A stretch of 52,781 nt of DNA, counting the filler, from Stramenopiles sp. TOSAG23-6 (Eukaryota), in the NCBI GenBank assembly GCA_900128565.1. It is 2 parts of 2 records of this genome, joined end to end, with 100 filler letters (N's around TTAATTAATTAA, not from the genome) between each part and the next. Parts side by side here need not be neighbours in the genome. Positions count along the whole stretch, not along the records: positions 26,597 to 52,781 come from LT635987.1; 1 more part is not named here. One strand, written 5' to 3'. Within the stretch, counting starts at the first letter, position 1; each line of letters begins with the position of its first letter. The position numbers and the translations under genes were made by a program. The notes below the pieces were generated by a model. The model was not told the origin of the DNA and ran no database searches. It saw only the letters and a program-made list of their open reading frames with translations. Shown here one piece after another: positions 44,701 through 52,781 of the stretch.

Positions 44701-46577
44701 GATTTTCTCGTTTTGCAGAAGACTTTTCTAAAGGAGGAGATAATATCATTGCTCTAGATTGCCGTTCTATTGCAGCAGCTTTATCTCCAAATGATCCTCA
44801 TGTTCTGTACGAGTTCGCGTTGAGTCTCCATACTATGCAAGAATATGAAAAATCAATCAAATATCTTGAGAAATGTGTGCAGCTGGCTAGGGATCAAAGT
44901 GACAAACCTATAAATCCCGATTATTTATCAACTCTGCAATCCTGGCGTGACAAAAGATGGAGTCTCAAATTCGATATTGACAAAACCAAATTAACAAAAC
45001 CAAATATAGATTATAAGTTTCCTGTAGACGAAGAGGAGGAATCTGAATGGTTGAGAGAAGAAGCAGCCATCAAAATACAATGCNTTGCTCGAGGCTCAAT
45101 GCAAAGAAATAATATGGACTCGGATTTGAAAAAGATATTATCAAAGAAGAAAAGACGAACTATTGCTAGATTGCAGGAAATGTACACTAGCAATGAAGGA
45201 AAAATAGATGCCGTATTAAAAAAGCACGATGATATGCAAGCTCATGTAAAACGAGAAAGAAGAAAAATGAATAAGCAAAGGGAAAAAGCTGCACTTGAAA
45301 TACAGTGTTCGTTTCGACGGCATGCTGCACGTCAAGTAAAATTGGATCTTGAGTCCAAGAAAATAACTACACGCGAGTTACAGCACAAATGGGAAAATGA
45401 AAATGCGATAAAAATCCAGAAACTTTCGCGTGGGCGCCAGAGCCGGCGCAAATACCGCAAGATGAGTAAACATGATGCAGCAAAATCAATGCAGCGCATA
45501 ATGCGAGGTGCTATTTCTCGCAAACAATGCCGGATAATTCGCCGAGATTTGAATTTGCAAGAAGACCCAAAAGAAAAGGAGGCTCGAGAATGGGCTTCTG
45601 CCATAATATTGTACCCTGGTTTAACATCTAAAGTATCAAAGCAGGCAGATCTTGTAGAGTATTATCGAAATGGTTACATTCCTTCAAGGTCTAAATTTAA
45701 GCAACACTGGACAAAGCTTCTAAATCGTTGTATTAATGAAAAAGGTAACGGCGCTGAAGCAAAGAGACGCCTTCGCAAAGATGTCCATATTGTTACCTCG
45801 AAGGTTCCAGGTTCCAGTGCTGCTGAAGCTCTCTGTGCTTTAGCGGAANCTGGACAAGGGTACAATACGGATCTAATACATTCTGCTATCGATCATTTGC
45901 TTCAACCTGTTTTTCAACAAGAAGTGCAACAAGTTTGCCGAGTTCTTGAAATTTCTAAATACCTCTCTGAAATAGGTATTCCAGGTGAAACCCAAAACAT
46001 ATATTCTATTCTAAAGCACACAAAATATACGCCTCGTGGGGGTATGGCAAGTCGACAACGGAATCCTCGTATTAACACCAAGTACAACAAGTTTGTGTCG
46101 CCAGCTGCTCATGATGTTGGTATGCGACCAGGAGAAGGACTGCCTATCATTCGTAAACAACGTACAGCAATTGCTAAACGCAGAAAAAAAACAAAGAACA
46201 GTCAGAGGACCCCATCACCCTCTAAGGCATTTGATAATTTCATGCTGAGTCTTGATGTTGCTGGCAAAACTGCAAAGGATCAGGCGATCGTTTCCGGTCT
46301 TGGTTCACTATTACCTGTTCTATTGGACAATAACACTTCAACAAATCATCAAAATAGTAAATCATCTATGCGAAATGATAAAAATAATAATAGGTTAAGC
46401 ACTAAATCTTTTACNTCACCAAAAAACCAAAGAGATCAAATGACAGGGAAACCAAAATTTGACGTTGGTCAAAAACGTAAAACATCATATACAGTAGATG
46501 GGAGCATTCATCGGATTGGGAATAGATTTTCGGCNGACCAATTAGAGATGAATGACTTTGAGTCTGCTATCAGTTAA
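41796..46577 (+). CDS. Duplicate of the coiled-coil/TPR/IQ gene
   Basis: Mirror of 32801-37582. Confidence 0.8.
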   Translation: MPSSMICGGVIIGNYNQDEVPVKTFTKNDPRWSWSLENFYGDFELLSVARMIVGLQQKVVIRQVKDRLEFTVTDEYYRKYSVDVSRYDVEDLLKLEPQLLDVSKRWHMLYFLTCCLCFRRAKGNNPNKKXLVLIPPRKRVSSVISLLSKTASRKKEPLMPLHERVIVGSEEEVPFLLRGQEADFDDGDKRQLWGLDRLEGEYTLCKLTRKVQGSTEELHMVITVMQITEKRKKRKTSKPVIVFTLHDDDYRCHEVAIPQDMIYDVMKELNPNLLEPGISKDRRHENRWLLLHTLADLIRLRSRADDPDIKEAVLFSKGDIWHGIKQVNEITKNRDTNQLMLPSINFKVSDKDDVPPHHNDKCVYHHKHIIRGEGVCWVTMQLIIEEESENDSTSVKIFVTDQIGMKYELHLSKFEFFGCLSACAHEYETKEKNHLLSFAEAPSQNWEYAKHAFDEAKQKLHLAEESIKDXQLEMKRAIQDVEEAKSNSVDIAKAFDIATATSMAYNAELKNINRQIADYNDSKDQLERTGMSGKTLHKEIVQSLEALTARVENLTSALLKHEEVRKPAEAAMAIASEKIHQCEVNATQIRGERKQLREAVEAAQLEVQVAAKNGSDERIAQAQQDAGDLLHYRRQKMYAQLSTALIIERNRDSIPALKLQPLVDISDSGNLNVSRLKKAKHDEMIGVEEITLNRQKLAVNLIDQSTKWGVVKDAVAKRDTAVTMTKSELKRHICGTKNVEQXSKLLISLGFKQYNDGDYNLAASTFQRAIDENKSVATGRVWHALGRSHYVEWKKEQTNSRLQATFTAYKYASKALMNIANPSFWLEMARLYLQFCAFEASAQTLSIMIKQFPSFSKINEVVFLSASIMQHLGMYSQAAVYFSYILSNPPKDYKPLHICFLIARNKELKIYPTRHKVQDTNDNPKSMKSKPWQDDGLTSIWKPXFSKIKANKYNGNTNSWKGWRKSAHGFSRFAEDFSKGGDNIIALDCRSIAAALSPNDPHVLYEFALSLHTMQEYEKSIKYLEKCVQLARDQSDKPINPDYLSTLQSWRDKRWSLKFDIDKTKLTKPNIDYKFPVDEEEESEWLREEAAIKIQCXARGSMQRNNMDSDLKKILSKKKRRTIARLQEMYTSNEGKIDAVLKKHDDMQAHVKRERRKMNKQREKAALEIQCSFRRHAARQVKLDLESKKITTRELQHKWENENAIKIQKLSRGRQSRRKYRKMSKHDAAKSMQRIMRGAISRKQCRIIRRDLNLQEDPKEKEAREWASAIILYPGLTSKVSKQADLVEYYRNGYIPSRSKFKQHWTKLLNRCINEKGNGAEAKRRLRKDVHIVTSKVPGSSAAEALCALAEXGQGYNTDLIHSAIDHLLQPVFQQEVQQVCRVLEISKYLSEIGIPGETQNIYSILKHTKYTPRGGMASRQRNPRINTKYNKFVSPAAHDVGMRPGEGLPIIRKQRTAIAKRRKKTKNSQRTPSPSKAFDNFMLSLDVAGKTAKDQAIVSGLGSLLPVLLDNNTSTNHQNSKSSMRNDKNNNRLSTKSFXSPKNQRDQMTGKPKFDVGQKRKTSYTVDGSIHRIGNRFSXDQLEMNDFESAIS

Positions 46578-46795
46578 AAAACGATTATTTCCATAAAATT
46601 TCTTAAACTTAGGCCATCAATTTTATTATATCGTACAAGTAGAAAACANTGTTCCTTTTTATATCTTATCAGTGAAAACAATATNTAAGAAAGACAATAA
46701 CACAATTGTTTTATCTTTGAGATAATATATATACTATTTGTCTTTATTCATATTATAAATACTTTCATCCAATCAAATTTCTCCGCGATATTTTT

Positions 46796-49700
46796 TTATT
46801 GTATCTCAGCTAATGTGATTTCGCCCTCCATCCAATCATCATCATCCAAAATATTTTCTTCATCATCCAAAATATTTTCTTCGTCTTGTTGCGTTTTACG
46901 GAGTTTTTCGTCAAATAAAATTCGCCCAAATTCTCGTAGAGACGTCTTTNAATCAGAGCACGAAACAATTTCTTCCGTTATATTGTATTTGTTATTTATA
47001 TTGCGTAAGACTGTCATTGGTGAATTACACAATTTTGGCTGACAATTTGAATCTTCAATATTTGAAGCATTTTGATTAGTAAGNGATCGACTGCATTGTA
47101 GTTCAGCTTGTAAGACTGCCAACTTTGTCAAAAATTCTTCTTCTCTTTTCTCAGCATTTTCTGCTTCCGTATGCAATCGCTGACGTAACTGAATGTTATC
47201 TACAGCAACAGATCCTGCAGACCTATCTAATATACCAAGACTTTCTTCGTCGACATTGTCGTTTGTATTTAATGCCAACGCAAGCTTTCTTTCTGCTTCT
47301 TTCAGTTTAGTTGTATATTCTGCATGAAATTGCATTGCAACTACACGATCATGCTCCCATTTATTTAATGTCACCTCACGACGATGTCCTATAGTTTCTG
47401 CAATCAGACGTTGGAAGGCCCAGGCTTTCCCTCTTGCATCAGCAGATTTTTTGACAATCATAATTCGCATAAGGAAGAAAGCCATCTTACATCCCGTTTT
47501 TTTTACAGGAAATATTACTTTCGAGTCTCGTTTAAGTTGTGCATTTTTCATTTGTATCTTGAACTCTTTTTCTCTTTCATTTAACTTTTTGTGCATATTT
47601 GANATTGCTTCTTCTCTTTCAATTTTTACATTTTGTAGATCTATATTATGCTGCGTTTCTCTTTCATTTAACTTTTTGTGCATATCNGCGTACGCCTCTT
47701 TTTGTACATTTTGTAGATCTATATTATGCTGCGTTTCTATATCGAGTAATTGTTTGTGCATGTTTGAGATTGCTTCTTCTCTTTCAGTTTGTAGCTGAAT
47801 TTCGTGTTTTTTATGCACATCTTTCATTTTTTTCTGCATTTCAACTTGTGTATATTCTTTTAATTTTTCAAACGCCACTACATGAGCATCTTCTATCTCA
47901 GAAACACGAAACTGCATATCTTTCTCNGCTTTTATTAGTGTTGTATTCAATTCTTCTTTTGCGCATTTTCGACAGTCTACTAACAGAGATTCGATTACCG
48001 ACATTTGAACTGCATCTTTCCAAGCTGAAAAATAGTTTTTCAAAAGTAATGAAATTTTATTCGTTTTCATCAATGTATTACTTGAAGCTTCGGATATATT
48101 TGTATGTTCCTTTTCATCCAATGCAGTTACTGGTAGCTCTTCAGGTGATGAAATTTGACAATCGCCATACTTCTCATCAGTATATAACAAATGATTATCT
48201 AGAGATGACATTGGATATGTATCCACATGACAAGGATTATTCAATTGAGATGTCTCAGGTTTTTTTCTTGGTGGAGGTGTCATGAGGAAAAAATTCTTTT
48301 CTTTTTCTCTGGCTAATGATGTATTTTAGAAAAATATTTCAAAAAAAAAATCTAAAATAATTTGTTAGGTACAAAATTTACTATAAAAAAAATTCGAATT
48401 TGAAAAAAAGAATAAAACATACACATCTGTACTTTTTCCAATTCTTTCAATGTGAGATTTAGTTGAGATTGATACTTTTGTTCTCTTATATGAAGCTTAT
48501 CCAAATCATCTTTGATCTTTGTATTTTCTTTCGTTTTTTCATTTTTTTCATTTTCGAATATCTTTGACTCGTTCAATGTATTTTGGAAAAATATTTCAAA
48601 AAAAAAACTAAAATTTGTTAGGTAAAAAATTTCGTACGAAACATAAATTCGAAATTGAAAAAAAATAAAACGTACATACACGTTGAATTCTGTCATTTGC
48701 AACACAGAGATCATTTCTAACATTGTTTAATTCTTTTTCATAAATTTCAAACTGTTCCCTCAGTTCTTGTGTTTTAACCAAATTCTGGGATTTTTTCAGT
48801 GACGCAATATTTGACTTATGTTTGGCAATTATCTCTGATATTTCAATATCTTGTGATTTTTTTATGTAATTCAATCTTTTCGTCATTTCAACATCTTGTT
48901 TTTTTTTTAAATTATTGAGTCTTTCCATCATTTTTCTTTCTAATTGGGAATTAGCTTTCTTACAAGTAGTTATAGTTTCACTGAGTTCATCATTTTTTGT
49001 TTGATATGTTTCAAGGGAAGCTTTATATTCCTTTGAGATTTCAGCTATTTTGCGATGTAAATCATCAACAGTATTGAGGTGTTGTGCATTTACATTTTTC
49101 AAAATGGTTTCTTTATCATTAAGTTTCTCTTCAAGTTTGGCAAGATTTTCTTCATACCTTTTTTTTACAAGTTTTTGTTCTTGTAAGCATTCTGAAATAT
49201 TTTCCTCCAATAATAAAATCTGATTTTTATTATGACGATCNGTCGTACGCCGCAGCTCAGATTTTTTCTTTATTGTTTCTTGCATGGATTTTAATTGAGC
49301 CTCGTACTTTTGTATGGTACTTGTATGAAAACTTTCCGATTTTTCATGTTTCAAACTTTGTGCAATAAGTTCATTGATTTTTTCATTTTGAGTNTGTAAA
49401 GCTATTTTCAATGAATCGTCAGATGATGCACTCTTCAACTGAATGGTAGCTATCTCATCTCGGTGTGTTTCTTTTATATTTTTAAGGTTTTCTTCCAATA
49501 AAAACTTTTCTTGTCGCAAAGAATTAATCTTTGCAATAGAGTCAGTTTCTAATTTTGAATACTCNTTAGTTTGACTTTCCAATGTTTGTTTACAATACAT
49601 TTGGTGCTTCTCATCTAGAATCTCAAGTTCTTTTTTACACTTTTCATAATTTTCTTTCATTATTTGAATTGTACACTGAAATTCTTTGATTTCCTCTTCG

Positions 49701-52700
49701 TATTTTTTCTTACAATTTTGTACCAAAACGAGTACCAAATTTTCATGAGAATCTTTACACATTTTTTCCACNGTCGTTTTTTCAATGGTAAACTCTTTCA
49801 TCAAGCTATCTGTCACCATTTGTAATGTATTTTTATGCGACTCCTGCAACATTGAAATTACATGTATTGTGAAAAAATATTTCAAAAAAAAATAATTTTG
49901 TTAGGTACAAAATTTTTATAAAAAAAAAATTCATACAAAAAAAAAAACATACATTTTCATGTTTACAAATCAAACTTTTGTTTCTGTTCAAAACATCATC
50001 ATATTTACATTTCCATTCATTCACAACGATTTGAAAATTCTTAACTTTGTTTATATGGATTATGAAAAAATATTTNAAAAAAAAAAAACGTTAGGTATGA
50101 AATTTNGTATGAAAAAAAATCGAAATAAAAAAATAAAACATACATTACACTGAAGCTCATCAGTTGTTTTTGAATCGTCTGTACTCAAAAANGTTTGTCC
50201 TGAAATAATTGCTTTAATTTTCATTTTTTCATCAATTTGAGAATGAACTGATGAATCGGTACNAATTTTCGTAGCTANCGAATTTTCAAGTGTTTTTTTG
50301 TTTCTTTCCATCTCCAAAATTATTTTTTTATTGTCTTTTTGCATTTGTATAATTTCTTTTGAATATGTATCATGGAAAAATATTTCAAAAAATTCTAAAA
50401 AAATTCGTTAGGTACAAAATTCCGTACGAAAAAAAATCAAAATTGAAAAAAAAAATAAAACATACATGTATCATCTTTTTGTTTCATATCGTTCTTGTAT
50501 TTCTCAAGAGATACAGAAGTTTTTTTATATTCGTACAACTCTTCTTTAATCTTTCTTATATCACTCATTTTACAAGTTCGTTCATAGTTGGAGCTTTGAT
50601 CAATGTATTGATTACGAAATTGTAGTGCTTCCAATTGAAGCTGATGGTTTTCTTTGACCAATTCATCGTGATCTCTTTTGAGCTCTTTCAATGAAATTTC
50701 ATGTTGTTGAGTTGCTTTATAATGAGAGTCTTTCCACATTGTAGCCATTCTTTCCATTCGAGATAGATCTGATTTATTTTTTATTTCGTGTTGTTCAATG
50801 GCGCTTTTTTTTTCTATTTCGAATTTCAATTTCAATTCTTTACAATCCTCTTCAAATTTTTGTGTAATACCAGACATTTCATCTTTCCTTATTTTTTCTC
50901 CCTCCACAAGAATAAGATCGTTCCTTACGAGAGCATCGTCATAAGAACTTTTCCAACGACGAATTTGCGTGTTTAAGCGGTCTATCTCTATNGAATGTTG
51001 TTTTCTCAAGTCAGATAAAACTTTCTCTTTCTCATGATTATGCTCAAGAATCAACTTTGCTTCTTTATNGCGGTAATTTTGTTCTTTTTCTAGCAGGACG
51101 GTTTTGTGCTTTTCTTCAAGAGTTGCCGTTACATCTGAAAGTGAATTCTGTGAATTTGTAATTTGTAATCGGACACGTGTCACCTCATCATTATGTGAAT
51201 CTTGTAATCTATTCAATGAAATAGCTTTCTCATTTTCAAATTGTTCAACGTATCTTGAAAGTTCATCTTTGTGANGATCGGCGAGTCGCTGAAGTGTATC
51301 TTGAAATGTCGCAATCCTCTCTTTTTCATCAGATTCATGTACTGTAAAAATATTTCATTTTTTTTTGTTAGGTACAACATTTTTATAAAAAAAAATTGAA
51401 AAAAAAAAATTGAAAAAAAAACGAGAACTTACATGCTCCTCAATCAGACGATTATGATTCATTTTCCATTCATCTACTTCATTCTCAAGGCGTTTGACTT
51501 CCTTTCTATAACTTCCAGCTATTTTCTGAACTTGGTCTGTGCGGTTGCTATAATGCTGAGCTAAGCGTTCAACATCCACAGAATATTTTTGTTGTAAGCA
51601 TGTTATTGTATGTTTATGCTCTTTCAAAATATGTGAAATTTCTAATGTATGATGTTTCTTTTCTTCCTCAAATTTTATTTCATTTTTTTGAACGTCATTT
51701 TCGTACTTTGTTTTCCATTCAATGACGTATTGTGAAAAAATATTTCAAAAAAAAATCGTTAGGTACGAAATTTCGTATGAAAAAAACTTAAATTAGAAAT
51801 TCATATAAAACATACACCTTCATTTCTAATTGTTTCGATGTATTCAAATGATTTTCATGAATTGTATCGAGTTCGGTTTGATAATTTGACTTTGATGTTT
51901 GACGTAACTTTTCTAATTCTAGAGTATATTTCTCACATAATTTAGCTATAGCATCCGAATGCGATGCTGATTTCTCTTTCAATACGATTTCGTGTTTTTT
52001 TATAGTATCCTCGAGTAAATCTTCTAACTGCAATACTTGCGTATTCAACCGATTTTCATCATCTACACTATTACTCTGCAGAGCCTTTGTTTCAACTTTT
52101 GCATCATTCAACTTTTGAATGTAGGTTGACAATTCAACTTTTAAAGAATATCTTTCTTTTTGCAGCTTTGCCATTTCTTCCAGATGATTCGATTGTAACC
52201 GTTCTATTGCTAAATTGTTTTCGTTTTTTAGTCGTATAGTCAAATCCGAAATTTGTTTTTGATGATGTTTTGTGAAAAAAAATTAAAAATTCGATTTTTT
52301 TGTTAGGTACAAAATGTCGTACGAAAAACCAAATTTTTTTTTTTTAAAAATTGAAAAAAAAAATAAAACAAACATGGACTGTAATCGATTTCTGATTTTC
52401 AAGAAGAGTTTGTTCTCTAGAATCAAATTTTTGTACTATAATTTCATGTGTTTTTTTCCATTCTGATACTTGAGTTTCTAAATTGTGGACTTTGTCTTCA
52501 CATTCATTTTTTTGTTTTTTCATTTTGTTTTCATTTTCAATTTTAATTTTTACAATTTCTTCTTTATGTTGTTGTATAGCTTCGCTTAAATTCGATGAAC
52601 TTTTTGAAGATTTCTCTTTTAAATTTGTGACGTCTTTTCGCAATTGTAAAGAATCTTTATTTAATATTTCAATTTCATCTTTTAAAATTGCAACAACAGA

Positions 52701-52727
52701 CTCNTGGCCAGCATCTATTGATTGAAT
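46796..52727 (-). CDS. Duplicate of the intron-rich coiled-coil gene (5'-truncated)
   Basis: Mirror of 26651-32582. Introns at 48319-48422, 48576-48675, 49862-49952, 50055-50143, 50365-50465, 51337-51432, 51725-51815, 52265-52373 and a partial one at 52728-52781. Confidence 0.8.
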
Positions 52728-52781
52728 ATGTATTTTGGAAAAATATTTCAAAAAAAATCTAAAAAAAATCGTTAGGTACAA

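Larger units (their letters stand above)
40995..52781 (-). repeat. Right arm of inverted duplication
   Basis: Reverse complement of 26597-38383. Confidence 0.97.

Overview
AT-rich, gene-dense eukaryotic DNA. It is probably from a stramenopile-like protist, inferred from the P1 C-terminus and the gene content. It consists of two contigs joined by an artificial N44-TTAATTAATTAA-N44 spacer (26497-26596). Contig 1 encodes a TcdA/TCD1-like ThiF enzyme, RPLP1, an F-box/RCC1 protein, POLD1, a Sec14-type protein, an LRR protein, threonine synthase, a U-box protein, an ankyrin protein, a TANGO6-like protein and several unknowns. Contig 2 is an 11.8-kb inverted duplication around a 2.6-kb spacer and is probably an amplification or assembly artefact. 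The main discovery is a family of 89-109 nt sequence-related insertions (one double-length copy of 178 nt) interrupting conserved genes: 19 complete unique copies, 2 cut by contig ends and 1 diverged. All lie inside a CDS, all are in sense orientation, and all three codon phases occur. They start GT(A/T), carry a palindromic core followed by a TACCTAAC branch-like motif, and are flanked by a 2-nt direct repeat (AT, TT or GT). Reading frames are restored only if they are removed as GT...CAT, GT...CTT or GT...CGT (equivalently NT...AC after sliding 2 nt), never at an AG. They look like an introner-type family of non-canonical, AG-less introns, and they coexist with a normal GT-AG intron in the same gene. 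No transposase is visible in the window.
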